Below, piece after piece: positions 29,567 to 39,584 of a DNA stretch of 64,000 nucleotides. The notes beneath the pieces were generated by a model. The model did not search any database. It was not told the DNA's origin and saw only the letters and a program-made list of their open reading frames with translations. A program made the translations under genes and the position numbers. Each line of letters starts with the position of its first letter. The first letter of the stretch is position 1. Source of the stretch: a virus; the IMG/VR virus record IMGVR_UViG_3300021431_002079, positions 1,975 through 65,974 of that record, one strand, 5' to 3'.

Positions 29567-31207
29567 ATGAACATTGAAAATTATAATAATACATGTTTAG
29601 GATCATGTAATCCCCCACAAGTTGTGTCATTGACATATGCAATAAATGATATGAGTGACATAATAATAAATAACAACTGTAATGAATACGATAAAACAAC
29701 TTTAGAGTATAGTTATAGTTTAGATAATGTATGTTGGACGTGTTATATGACATATGATGATTGTTTAGCAAGTACTGTTGACATTGATTCAGATTTTTAT
29801 ATAAAAATTAAAGTCAACGGTCCCGTATGTAGTGTATCAAATGGAGATACACCAGTATCTGATTATGATGTTAGTTTACTTCCAGGATTTAATTTTACAA
29901 ACGAACCAAATGAAAATACATATAACCCTTATGCAAATCTTGAAGGTGCATTAGCATTACAACAAAATTTAGCAGAAAATGTATCTAATATTGTTGGTAT
30001 TCCTATTTATTATTTTAAGTTAAAACCCGAAGCAAATTCTAAAGATTTGACATTCAAGGAGTATACATTATTAAACGTAGATTCTGTAAAACAGATAAAG
30101 ATGGTAATACAAGATGGACAAATGCCATCATCAAAACCAGAATTTGCAGAATGGGGATTAGATTTTCAAAATGATTGGGAACCTGAGATTACAAAACAAA
30201 CATTCGCAACAGCATTTGGTATAAATGCTCAACCATTAGAAGGTGATTTAATATATGTACCAATGATGAAACGAATGTGGATGGTTAATAGTGCATATGA
30301 AGAAAAGAATGGTAATCTCATGTGGCAAGCAACTACATTTAAGGTGTCTTTATCTAAGTATCAAGAAAAGGGTTCAGTTGAGTTAGGTGATACAGAAGAT
30401 CTTGTGGATTCATTTGTGAAAAATAAATATGAAGATTTATTTGGTGACGATAACAACCAGACACAAGATTCTGGTGAAGCATCATTAACATCTCCAATGT
30501 ATGCAGCAAATAGATTATATAATGTTTATGAATCTGACGCAACTAGAAAAAATATGACATGTGATACAATAGATATTGTAACAAATAATATATATTATAG
30601 AGGAACATTAATATCTGATTCTAAATATGAATTCCCAGTACAAGAACCACAATCAAAAATATCATACCAACAAAAATTCTGTGGTGAAGAATGCTCATGT
30701 TCATTTATTATAAATCCAATGATTGGAGAATACGATGGTGAGTTAGTGCATCTAGGTAATGTTTCTATAAATATTAGACAAACATTACAAGAATGTAAGT
30801 TATATTTAAATATAGATGAAAATATGTCATTGGCTTTAAAACCTGCAGCAACATATTTAATAGTTTTAAGATATAGTAAGTGTATGAACACTGTAGATTT
30901 TAATGCATATAAATATATATTTAATCAAAATATCCCATTATATAAACTACAGAATAATCATTATTGGTTTGATATGGATAATCCTGTGTCATCACATGTT
31001 GGAAAATACAATATAGAATACACAACACCACAAAAATCTGAAGTATATATTGCTAATCTATGTGGGTCTATAACTAATTTTAAACTATTCGATATATATA
31101 ATGATCAACTATCAGACTTATTAGAAATGTATCCAACACACCAACATCTAATGATAAATGACACGGCTAGAAAAATAGTTGGTTTACCAGGAGTTACATT
31201 AAAATAA
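29567..31207 (+). CDS. hypothetical protein (546 aa), probably structural
   Basis: long ORF after the lysin trio; no motif. Confidence 0.5.
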   Translation: MNIENYNNTCLGSCNPPQVVSLTYAINDMSDIIINNNCNEYDKTTLEYSYSLDNVCWTCYMTYDDCLASTVDIDSDFYIKIKVNGPVCSVSNGDTPVSDYDVSLLPGFNFTNEPNENTYNPYANLEGALALQQNLAENVSNIVGIPIYYFKLKPEANSKDLTFKEYTLLNVDSVKQIKMVIQDGQMPSSKPEFAEWGLDFQNDWEPEITKQTFATAFGINAQPLEGDLIYVPMMKRMWMVNSAYEEKNGNLMWQATTFKVSLSKYQEKGSVELGDTEDLVDSFVKNKYEDLFGDDNNQTQDSGEASLTSPMYAANRLYNVYESDATRKNMTCDTIDIVTNNIYYRGTLISDSKYEFPVQEPQSKISYQQKFCGEECSCSFIINPMIGEYDGELVHLGNVSINIRQTLQECKLYLNIDENMSLALKPAATYLIVLRYSKCMNTVDFNAYKYIFNQNIPLYKLQNNHYWFDMDNPVSSHVGKYNIEYTTPQKSEVYIANLCGSITNFKLFDIYNDQLSDLLEMYPTHQHLMINDTARKIVGLPGVTLK

Positions 31208-31404
31208 TTCACATGGTGTACTATATTACAAATATTATTTTTAAATATGAAGCATAATAGCATGTTAGCATCAGATTTAATTAAACAAATTCAATATTTA
31301 ATAAATCAACACGGAGATTTAGAAATCTTCAAAACAGTTAATGGAGATGCTAAGAAAATATGGGGTGTTGATTATTCACGATTAGAAAATCATTTTGAAT
31401 TAAT

Positions 31405-31593
31405 ATGAAATCATTAAAAGAATACATAAATGAAGAATTACATGATGTAATTGTTAAAGTTGGCGATTACTGGAGAATAAAAGGTCATGCGGGTAAAGGG
31501 ACAAATACTCCTAAACGAGGATACTGGAAAGCTAAATATAAAACCAGAGAAGATGCTGAAAATGCATTAAAGGCATATTTTGCTAATAAATGA
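31405..31593 (+). CDS. CTS-like-leader small basic protein (62 aa)
   Basis: MKSLKEYINEEL leader; K/R-rich. Confidence 0.6.
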   Translation: MKSLKEYINEELHDVIVKVGDYWRIKGHAGKGTNTPKRGYWKAKYKTREDAENALKAYFANK

Positions 31594-31626
31594 AAATAAC
31601 TACAAAATAATCTATAAAATTAAAGT

Positions 31627-32166
31627 ATGAAAAATATTAACGAATATATAAATGAAAGTTCAAGTTTGTTTGATGATGGGGGATATGGAGACATGGCAAC
31701 AAACTATTTAGACTATTATGATGGTGACAAGAAATTTGGTGATCTTAAGAAGGGTGATATAATATACTTGTATAAATATTCTAATGATAAGATTATAGAA
31801 GTAACTGTCAATGGAACTGTTAAGACACAAAATAATCAAGTATATATAAAGACTAAATCATTCAAAATTAAACCAAATAGTAAATATTGTAAATCTCAAT
31901 CATCATTAGTATTTGGACCAGCAAATGGTAGCAGAAGTGGTCGTAGTGAAGACGATACAAAAGTTGTTGACTATTCTCCATGGAATGTTGAAAAATCTTC
32001 TATTTGTATTAGTTTTGGTGGAGGATATGCATTTGGAACTAACAAAGATAATGTTTTAAAATATGCAAAATCTGACATTACAAGTTCAATTAATAAGATA
32101 CAATCTGATATTGAAGACCTTCAAAATGAAATAAATAAATTGAGTGAAAAATTAAATAATATTTAA
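31627..32166 (+). CDS. CTS-like-leader protein (179 aa) with C-terminal coiled coil
   Basis: MKNINEYINESS leader. Confidence 0.6.
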   Translation: MKNINEYINESSSLFDDGGYGDMATNYLDYYDGDKKFGDLKKGDIIYLYKYSNDKIIEVTVNGTVKTQNNQVYIKTKSFKIKPNSKYCKSQSSLVFGPANGSRSGRSEDDTKVVDYSPWNVEKSSICISFGGGYAFGTNKDNVLKYAKSDITSSINKIQSDIEDLQNEINKLSEKLNNI

Positions 32167-32168
32167 TT

Positions 32169-32360
32169 ATGAAAACAATTAATCAATATATAAATGAAGG
32201 AACTCAAAATAACGAAGTTTTAGATTATCTTAAAAAGTTATATGATACATACACTAAAAAATTACATTCAAACTCAACAGTAATTGCAGATGTTGACAAA
32301 TACAGTTATGTTACTTACGAATTGAAGAAGATATTAAAAAAATTTAACGTTAATATATGA
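32169..32360 (+). CDS. CTS-like-leader small protein (63 aa)
   Basis: MKTINQYINEGT leader; ATGA overlap with next gene. Confidence 0.55.
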   Translation: MKTINQYINEGTQNNEVLDYLKKLYDTYTKKLHSNSTVIADVDKYSYVTYELKKILKKFNVNI

Positions 32361-32854
32361 AAACATTAAATAGTTATATAATACAAGAATCTTTAAAAGA
32401 TAAAATCAAAGCTTTAATAAATAAATTCAAAAAAGAAAAAGTTCCTGAAAAAGTTTATAAAGAAGAAGATTTATTAGAGTATAAAGATAAAGAAATAACT
32501 TTAGAAGATGGTGATGAAATCTTCGACATCTATACAAACACTTTACCTTATAAATCTAGTAGAACATCTGAATTTGAAAAGAATGCATTTAAGCAAGGTT
32601 TGTTCGATTATGCATGGTGTAATTATTCAAAAGATGTAGATAAAAACTTCAGATTTAATGAATTTGGAGATGATTTTGCAGATTGGGGATATTCTCGAGC
32701 TAATGATGAAAGTGGATATGACTGGAATGAAGTTGGTGTTGGGATGATGTTTATGGAACCATTCTTCTGGGGTTGGAAATGTGCGAAGAAATTAAATTTA
32801 AAATATAACTCAAAGGATAAAGTTAAATTACCTTTAAATAGATTTGCAAAATAA
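32357..32854 (+). CDS. CTS-like-leader protein (165 aa)
   Basis: MKTLNSYIIQESL leader. Confidence 0.6.
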   Translation: MKTLNSYIIQESLKDKIKALINKFKKEKVPEKVYKEEDLLEYKDKEITLEDGDEIFDIYTNTLPYKSSRTSEFEKNAFKQGLFDYAWCNYSKDVDKNFRFNEFGDDFADWGYSRANDESGYDWNEVGVGMMFMEPFFWGWKCAKKLNLKYNSKDKVKLPLNRFAK

Positions 32855-32858
32855 AATT

Positions 32859-33455
32859 ATGAAAACAATTAATCAATATATTACAGAATCAAATTACAAG
32901 TCATCAAACTTAGAAGATCTTAAGAAGCAACTTCTAAAAATGCATAATGGTGATCGTATTAATTTCTTGTGGGGTGTATCTCAAAAGGCAACAGATGCTA
33001 CTCAAAAAGATAGATATGTAACATATGCAATGTCTATTGACAAAACTCTAAATAAATATTATACATTCTCTTGTGATTTTATGTTCAGTCAAGGACATGA
33101 AATGGTTAAAGAAATCTGTAAAGATTTAGGAATTAAGAAATGGGCAAGACTTTTAGATATTGCTATAGTTGTAGATTATGAAGATATGGTTAAAATACTT
33201 GATGCAATGCCTAAATATTTTGATAAATACGCTAATAACAAAAAATATTTTAGTTTTGTATCATTTGACTATAAAGAAGCTGAAGAAGAATGTGCTCGTC
33301 AAAAACGTCCATTTGAGATTACTTCATTAGAAGATGAAATTAAAGCCACTGAGCAAGCAATAAAGAATCTTGAACAAAAGAAAGAACAACTTAATAAACT
33401 GAAGAAAGCCCAAGCTGAAGAAGATATGTATAAATGGGCAAATAGTGAAAAATAA
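32859..33455 (+). CDS. CTS-like-leader protein (about 198 aa) with C-terminal coiled coil
   Basis: MKTINQYITESN leader at internal Met of track ORF 32844. Confidence 0.6.
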   Translation: MKTINQYITESNYKSSNLEDLKKQLLKMHNGDRINFLWGVSQKATDATQKDRYVTYAMSIDKTLNKYYTFSCDFMFSQGHEMVKEICKDLGIKKWARLLDIAIVVDYEDMVKILDAMPKYFDKYANNKKYFSFVSFDYKEAEEECARQKRPFEITSLEDEIKATEQAIKNLEQKKEQLNKLKKAQAEEDMYKWANSEK

Positions 33456-33465
33456 AGACAATGTT

Positions 33466-34089
33466 ATGAAGTCACTTAATACTTATATTATAGAATCACA
33501 ACAATCTCATGTAGATGATTTCATTGATTTCTTGCTAAAAAATTCTAAAGAAGGAGAACTTAAGACTAATAATAAATCATACTATGATTATTTTAATGAA
33601 TGTGACCCTTTTGATAATTCAAAGTTTTCACAAAACATTGATATGACTGCTTATGCTGAAGACTATTGTGAAGAACATGAGTTAGATTCTGTATATGATG
33701 ATAAAGAAAACTTCATTAATTATATTAAAGATATAGTTGATGAACAATTGACTTTAGACTTAGATCATAATTTGATAAAGATTGAAAGAGTCATTAGTAT
33801 TGGTGATTCATCATTTTCAAAATATAAAGGAAATATAGGTATATATTGGACTTACATAGAAGGTATGGGTGATTCACATGGTGCTGTAGGTAGTTCAAGA
33901 AACAACATAACTATATGTGCATTAGTGGATCCTAAAGATGTAAATTGGGGAGAGACTATTGCAGCTAATATTATAGATCCAGATGAATGTGAATTAACAT
34001 TAAATGAAGATGCTCCTATACAAATTACAAAGATATTAGATGTTAACAGAAAACCTATAATAGAAAAAAATTTATTATATAAAGCTTAA
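33466..34089 (+). CDS. CTS-like-leader protein (about 207 aa)
   Basis: MKSLNTYIIESQ leader at internal Met of track ORF 33445. Confidence 0.6.
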   Translation: MKSLNTYIIESQQSHVDDFIDFLLKNSKEGELKTNNKSYYDYFNECDPFDNSKFSQNIDMTAYAEDYCEEHELDSVYDDKENFINYIKDIVDEQLTLDLDHNLIKIERVISIGDSSFSKYKGNIGIYWTYIEGMGDSHGAVGSSRNNITICALVDPKDVNWGETIAANIIDPDECELTLNEDAPIQITKILDVNRKPIIEKNLLYKA

Positions 34090-34733
34090 TGAAATCTTTG
34101 CATACATATATAGTCGAAAAATCATCAGATTTATATGGGTCAGAAACTGGTTTAATAATATTTGATATAGATGATACATTAGTTAAAGCAGATTCAAGTA
34201 TTATGAAAATATATAAAAATGAGCCAGGTAAACCAGAGATTGCATTAACAACGGATGAATATGCAAAAGATCCAGATGCAGGTGATTCAAGTAAAAAATC
34301 ATGGTTTGATTATAGAGATTTCAATGATCCATTAAAAGTTTATGATTCTATAGTTAAAGGAACACCATTAATTAAGAATCTAAAAATTATGGATTCATAT
34401 ATTAAAAAAGGTTATGATTTTTGTTTTTTGACGGCTCGTGGTTGTGAAGATGTTGTTAAAAGTGCATTAGATTCATTTTTAGAATTTAGAGATAAAGATG
34501 GTGTATTAAAAAAATTAGGAAATGTATTTAAGAAATCATTATCACATGCTATAAATGATGAAATGAAAAATTATTCAGGTAATAGTGATCCTGAAAAGAA
34601 AGCACAAGTATTAAAAAATTTATGTGATAAATATGATAAAGTGATATTTGTTGATGATGATAAGAAAAATGTAGATGCGGCTAGAAAATTAAATATAAAA
34701 AATCTAACAGTTATTAAAGCTTGGGAAGAATAA
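34089..34733 (+). CDS. HAD-superfamily phosphatase with CTS-like leader (Pnk-phosphatase-like candidate)
   Basis: leader MKSLHTYIVEKS; HAD motif I LIIFDIDDTLV (DxDxT); downstream FLTARG and VIFVDDDKKNV resemble motifs II/IV. Confidence 0.6.
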   Translation: MKSLHTYIVEKSSDLYGSETGLIIFDIDDTLVKADSSIMKIYKNEPGKPEIALTTDEYAKDPDAGDSSKKSWFDYRDFNDPLKVYDSIVKGTPLIKNLKIMDSYIKKGYDFCFLTARGCEDVVKSALDSFLEFRDKDGVLKKLGNVFKKSLSHAINDEMKNYSGNSDPEKKAQVLKNLCDKYDKVIFVDDDKKNVDAARKLNIKNLTVIKAWEE

Positions 34734-34755
34734 ATAAAAAATAAAATAAATATCT

Positions 34756-35406
34756 ATGAAATCATTAAAAGAATATATTATTAATGAATCTTTATCAAAT
34801 GAAATAACTGAATTAAGAAATAAATTAAAAAATTTAGATAAACAAAAAATTTTTGATGGAAATTATAATTTAGATGATTCATTAGATCAAGAATTTTATG
34901 ATATATTAATTTCATTAAATAGTCCAAATTCATCAAATAGTACTTTAATTAGTACATGGAAAATGTTGTTTTCAAAATTAATTGTTGAACCATTAGTTGG
35001 AGAATTAATAGGAGATAACAAATGTGAATACTCTACTATTAAAGTTGATAGAACAGAAAAATGGGATATTAAATATGATAACAATATATTAATAGACATA
35101 AAAGCAACTTATAATAATTATACACATAATTTTGGATTTTCTAAAAAGGATGCAGATTATGTAATAAATTATAATAAACAAGATATTAATAAAAGATATG
35201 TATTATTCGTATACCCAGAAATTAAAACTTGGAATGATGCTACGAAATTATATAAAAATAAATCTGAAGTTGACATGAAACTAATTAGTTATTCAGATTT
35301 TAAAGATATATTAAATAACAATGATTTTGAAGAAAAAAAATCAAACATATTAATTCCATATTCTTTCATTAATGAAAATGATAAATTTAGAAAGTTTAAA
35401 AAATAA
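34756..35406 (+). CDS. CTS-like-leader protein (216 aa)
   Basis: MKSLKEYIINESL leader. Confidence 0.6.
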   Translation: MKSLKEYIINESLSNEITELRNKLKNLDKQKIFDGNYNLDDSLDQEFYDILISLNSPNSSNSTLISTWKMLFSKLIVEPLVGELIGDNKCEYSTIKVDRTEKWDIKYDNNILIDIKATYNNYTHNFGFSKKDADYVINYNKQDINKRYVLFVYPEIKTWNDATKLYKNKSEVDMKLISYSDFKDILNNNDFEEKKSNILIPYSFINENDKFRKFKK

Positions 35407-35426
35407 TTAATTATATTAAAGCTATA

Positions 35427-35459
35427 AGAAAATCTATTAATAATGGATTTTCTTTTTTA
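35427..35459 (+). terminator. rho-independent terminator inside the cassette array
   Basis: stem agaaaatc / gattttct then T6. Confidence 0.5.
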
Positions 35460-35492
35460 TTTTTAAATATAAGAAAATTTTATTAAAACAAA

Positions 35493-36638
35493 ATGAAAAG
35501 TTTAAAAGAATCATTATCAGATAAAGGTATACAAAAATTAACAGATTATCTTAAATCTGCTGAAGGTTTAGAAGATTCAAAAATTGACGAATATATTAAA
35601 GTATTATCAAAACATGCCAAAAAATCAGGTATAAAACAAGATGACTATGAAACATTCTTTAAAAATCATGGTTTATCTGAATTAAATTGGGGAAGAAAAA
35701 ATAGTGCAATTAAACAATTTGTTGATTTATTCTCTGAAAATGATCATATAGATGAATTATCAAACATAGTAAAATATAATGGAACTGTTTCTATTGATAA
35801 TGTAACAGAAACTGGTAATATATTTAAGGATTATTGTAAAGGGTGGGAAGATGAAGCAAAAACAATTGCTACATGGACCAATTCTAAATCGGCTAATGCT
35901 GGACCTTGTGAAATGCTTTTGAAATTTATACTTCATGAAGGTAATTCTAAAACTTTTGGAGATGTTGGAATAAATGATGAAGAAATGGAAGTAAAAGCTG
36001 GAACACTTAAAGGAAAATCTGGTTCAGGCGGTCATGCAGCAGGTCAAAAAGGAAACATTAGAAAAACATCGTCTATATATTATTATTTAGATAAATATTT
36101 ATTAAATATAGAAACATCTAATAAGATTGCAGAAAATAGAGAATATTTGCAAAATGAAAATGGTATTAAAGATTTTAATAATAAATTAAAAGAAGCTGGT
36201 TTACTTGAATCATCAAATTATAAAACGATTGCTAATAATATAGTTGGTGCATTATGCTTCCAATATGATGAAGCAAATACTAATACATTAAATTCTGATA
36301 AATTAGAAAATTTGCAAAAATCAACATTAAAATTTATTAAAGATAATATAAAGGCAGACGGGTTTAATAAACAAGATTTATTAAATTTAGTTGGGTGTAT
36401 TCAATTATATCTTTATTCACAAATAGAAAAATTTGATTATTTTTTCGCTGTGCTTGTAGATAAAAACATAGATAATGAATCTATTAATAATGGCTTTTAT
36501 ATTTGTGTAAAAAATTGTAAAGATAATGATAGTGATTTATTAAATTTTAATAAAATGTTAAAACATTTAAAATTTGGTGTATTAGATTCAACAACATCTT
36601 CACAAGGAAGAACTGGTAAAATATATATAGTTAAATAA
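35493..36638 (+). CDS. hypothetical protein (381 aa) with truncated leader
   Basis: MKSLKESLSD (leader lacking YI); Gly-rich KGKSGSGGHAAGQKGN segment. Confidence 0.5.
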   Translation: MKSLKESLSDKGIQKLTDYLKSAEGLEDSKIDEYIKVLSKHAKKSGIKQDDYETFFKNHGLSELNWGRKNSAIKQFVDLFSENDHIDELSNIVKYNGTVSIDNVTETGNIFKDYCKGWEDEAKTIATWTNSKSANAGPCEMLLKFILHEGNSKTFGDVGINDEEMEVKAGTLKGKSGSGGHAAGQKGNIRKTSSIYYYLDKYLLNIETSNKIAENREYLQNENGIKDFNNKLKEAGLLESSNYKTIANNIVGALCFQYDEANTNTLNSDKLENLQKSTLKFIKDNIKADGFNKQDLLNLVGCIQLYLYSQIEKFDYFFAVLVDKNIDNESINNGFYICVKNCKDNDSDLLNFNKMLKHLKFGVLDSTTSSQGRTGKIYIVK

Positions 36639-37357
36639 TGAAACAAGTAAAAGTGTGTCTAGGAAGATTCCAACCTTTCACATTAGGTCATCTTAAGATG
36701 GCTACTTATAAAGATTTAAAAGGTCCTGATAAAGAGCAGAAAGATACTTTAAGAGAACAACCTAATTTAAAAGAAATATCTAATCAAAAAACAGTCATAT
36801 TAGCTATATCTACCCCAGACGAAAAGGTAGATACTAGGCATCCTTTCAATGATAGTTTAATGAAAGATGAATTTGAATTGATAAAGAAAAACTACAAGGA
36901 TGATATTGAAGATATTATTTATGTTAAGTCAGCTGATATATGTGCATGGGGTGAATTATTAAAACAAAAAGGTTATCAAGCTTCCGTGTGGTTAACTGGT
37001 TCAGATGAGTTTAAGATGTATAAAGGTATGGCAATGAAAGTTCTAGAGTATGAAGAACATAATAGAAATAATTATGATTGCAAAGGAGCTTACACACAAT
37101 CATTTTATGTAGAAGAAATTGAACGTACAGAAGATAAAGATTTTGTATCATCAATATCCGGAACAAAAGTTCGTCAAGCTTTATTAGATAATGATAAAGA
37201 ATTATTTTCAAAGATGATGCCAAAAGGAGCAGATAAATATTTTGATGAATTTAAGAAAGCTGTTGAAAATGCTCCAGAACCTGTAAAGAAAACAAATAAA
37301 AAAGTTAAAGAAGGAATGATGTCTCTTAAGAATTACATATTAGAATCATTAAAATGA
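36638..37357 (+). CDS. cytidylyltransferase-fold adenylyltransferase (NMNAT/NadM-like or PPAT-like); C-terminus carries a leader remnant
   Basis: VCLGRFQPFTLGHL = GRFQPF + (H/T)xGH nucleotidyltransferase signature; ISGTKVRQAL resembles the ISSTxIR motif; no N-terminal leader, but the ORF ends ...MMSLKNYILESLK. Confidence 0.5.
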   Translation: MKQVKVCLGRFQPFTLGHLKMATYKDLKGPDKEQKDTLREQPNLKEISNQKTVILAISTPDEKVDTRHPFNDSLMKDEFELIKKNYKDDIEDIIYVKSADICAWGELLKQKGYQASVWLTGSDEFKMYKGMAMKVLEYEEHNRNNYDCKGAYTQSFYVEEIERTEDKDFVSSISGTKVRQALLDNDKELFSKMMPKGADKYFDEFKKAVENAPEPVKKTNKKVKEGMMSLKNYILESLK

Positions 37358-38283
37358 AATCACTTATAACATACATACAAGAATCTTTAATATTTGAAGG
37401 TGGGCATTCTGTGGATGGTGTTGAACCTATTCGTGGAGATTTAGCAAAAAAAGTTGCAGATGAGATTATTGAAAAAATAAAAAATGAATTCAATATAGAA
37501 TGTGCAGCTCTTGGATCAACAGGTAAGAAAGGTAAAAATCAAACATCTGGAGATATAGATATCGCCGTTCAAATGCAATGGGAAGATAAAGATAAACTTA
37601 TAGATTTTGTTAAAAAGGAATTTCCTGATAGTCCATTTGGAAATATCGTTAACTATCTTAATGTATTTAATATTGGATATAAATATAATGAAGATGGTAA
37701 AGATAAGTTAGTTCAAGTGGACTTTATGTTTGTTGATGATGTTGAATGGGCACAATTTGTTTATTTCTCTCCAAATTTCTTAAAGAATGAATCTCAATTT
37801 AAAGGATCATGGAGGTCAACATTATTAAGAGGTATATGTGCATGTACACCAGCAGAAAAAGTAAACAAAAAATATAAAACAGAATATTTTGATGATGGTA
37901 AGACAGTAAAATCATTTTGGAAGTTTACATTTTCACAGGCTGATGGGTTATTTGCAGATCATAAAACATATGAAGGTAATAAAAAACCTTTGAAAAATCC
38001 TAAGACAATAAAAGACGATAGAGAATACATATCTAAAAATATTGAAGAAATATTACATATGTGCTTAGGTAAAGATGCAACACGAGATGATTGTAATTCA
38101 TATGAGACATTACTTAATTTTATATCTAGTGATAGATATGAATTTAGATCTGTAGAACAGTTACAAAAAATTAAAGAATGGTTATTTGATAATACAGACC
38201 TACTTAGAGAAGCAACAGATCAAGTTAAGAAGGATGCTGAAAATTTATTCGATAATACTATAAAATATATAAAACAAATTTAA
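37354..38283 (+). CDS. Pol-beta-superfamily nucleotidyltransferase with CTS-like leader (paralog A)
   Basis: leader MKSLITYIQESL; AALGSTGKKGKNQTSGDIDIAVQ = hG[GS]...[DE]h[DE]h NTase motif; third acidic residue in VQVDFMFV. Confidence 0.6.
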   Translation: MKSLITYIQESLIFEGGHSVDGVEPIRGDLAKKVADEIIEKIKNEFNIECAALGSTGKKGKNQTSGDIDIAVQMQWEDKDKLIDFVKKEFPDSPFGNIVNYLNVFNIGYKYNEDGKDKLVQVDFMFVDDVEWAQFVYFSPNFLKNESQFKGSWRSTLLRGICACTPAEKVNKKYKTEYFDDGKTVKSFWKFTFSQADGLFADHKTYEGNKKPLKNPKTIKDDREYISKNIEEILHMCLGKDATRDDCNSYETLLNFISSDRYEFRSVEQLQKIKEWLFDNTDLLREATDQVKKDAENLFDNTIKYIKQI

Positions 38284-39158
38284 TGAAATCATTATTAACA
38301 TATATAAAAGAATCATTAATAAATGAAGGTGGCAATGCTGTAAAATCAGAACCAATTCCAGCAGTTATTGCACCAAAGGTATATGACGAAATAGAAGAGA
38401 AAGTACATTCTATATCTAAGTTTAAAGATATAGATATGGCAGCATTAGGTAGTATCGGTAAAAAACCAGATGACCAAACAAATGGAGATATAGATATTGC
38501 TGTTAAAGTTGACACAAAAGAAGAACTTAATGAAATAGTTGATACATGTTTTGATGATTGTGAAATTAACTATAACACAATGAAAACTATTACGTCGTTT
38601 GGGTATCCGTATAACATAGATGGTTATAAAGGAATTGCACAAGTTGATTTTATGATAGTTAAAAATATGGACTGGGCAAAAGCATATTTCCATTCTCCTA
38701 ATCTTAAGGCTGGTGAATCTAAATATAAAGGAGTTGTTAGAACAACATTGTTAAACGATATTATTTCATGTATACCAGTTAAAGATGCTAAAGATGAATA
38801 CTTTGAAGATGGTGTTACAGTTAAACGTCATTGGAAACATACATTTAATACTGAAGGAGTATTTATTCAATTAGTAGATTATTGTGGTAAGAATGGTAAA
38901 CCTGTAAAAAATGGTAAAAAACTTAAAGAGTTTGAAAAATTAGTTACCAATGATCCAATAAATATGGTTAAATTTATATTTGGTGATAATGGTGATATTA
39001 AAGATATAAATTCAGCTGAATCATTATGGGCAGCAATTCACGATAATAATAAATTTTCTTGGGGAGATACTATATTAAAAAATATAGAAGAAAAATTTAT
39101 TAATGACCCTCAAGTGCAAGATAAGATAGATAAAAAGGATTTTCCTTGTAAGTTTTAA
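38283..39158 (+). CDS. Pol-beta-superfamily nucleotidyltransferase with CTS-like leader (paralog B)
   Basis: leader MKSLLTYIKESL; AALGSIGKKPDDQTNGDIDIAVK; AQVDFMIV; clear paralog of 37354. Confidence 0.6.
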   Translation: MKSLLTYIKESLINEGGNAVKSEPIPAVIAPKVYDEIEEKVHSISKFKDIDMAALGSIGKKPDDQTNGDIDIAVKVDTKEELNEIVDTCFDDCEINYNTMKTITSFGYPYNIDGYKGIAQVDFMIVKNMDWAKAYFHSPNLKAGESKYKGVVRTTLLNDIISCIPVKDAKDEYFEDGVTVKRHWKHTFNTEGVFIQLVDYCGKNGKPVKNGKKLKEFEKLVTNDPINMVKFIFGDNGDIKDINSAESLWAAIHDNNKFSWGDTILKNIEEKFINDPQVQDKIDKKDFPCKF

Positions 39159-39179
39159 AAATATATAATATAATAAATT

Positions 39180-39581
39180 ATGAAAAATATAGTAGATTAC
39201 ATATCTGAAGCATTATATGTAAACGAGAGTGCTAATGGTAACCAAGTTATATTTAACGCTTGTATGGAATTAGATAATAATAAAACAATATATGAAAAAC
39301 AACTTTTGCCATTAGTTAAAAATTTAGTAAAGAAACACAAAGATGGTAAGTTCGATATTAAAAAACTTGAAGAATCATCAGTTATAGCTAAGTTATGCCA
39401 AGCATGTTTACGTGCAGTTAAAAGCTCATTAACTGGTGAAGATAGAAAGCGTTTGACTAAATTTGTTACTGGTTGTGTTATTAAAAATGTTGAAAACATT
39501 GGAGAACTAACACTAACAAAGGAAGAAGAAGATTATGCTGTTGAATGGGATTACAATAATTCCGAAAAATGTGGATGGTAA
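39180..39581 (+). CDS. CTS-like-leader protein (133 aa)
   Basis: MKNIVDYISEAL leader. Confidence 0.55.
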   Translation: MKNIVDYISEALYVNESANGNQVIFNACMELDNNKTIYEKQLLPLVKNLVKKHKDGKFDIKKLEESSVIAKLCQACLRAVKSSLTGEDRKRLTKFVTGCVIKNVENIGELTLTKEEEDYAVEWDYNNSEKCGW

Positions 39582-39584
39582 TAC

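Noticed and set aside
31247-31408. Small ORF (MKHNSMLASDLIKQ..., about 53 aa) upstream of the first leader gene, coupled via ATGA
   Set aside because: Below the track threshold, no motif and no leader. It may be a genuine small gene but the evidence is insufficient to call it.
35493-36638. Considered calling the 381-aa ORF a nicotinamide phosphoribosyltransferase (NARP2 partner of the NMNAT-like gene)
   Set aside because: No PRTase-like motifs were recognised and it is shorter than Nampt. Left as hypothetical.
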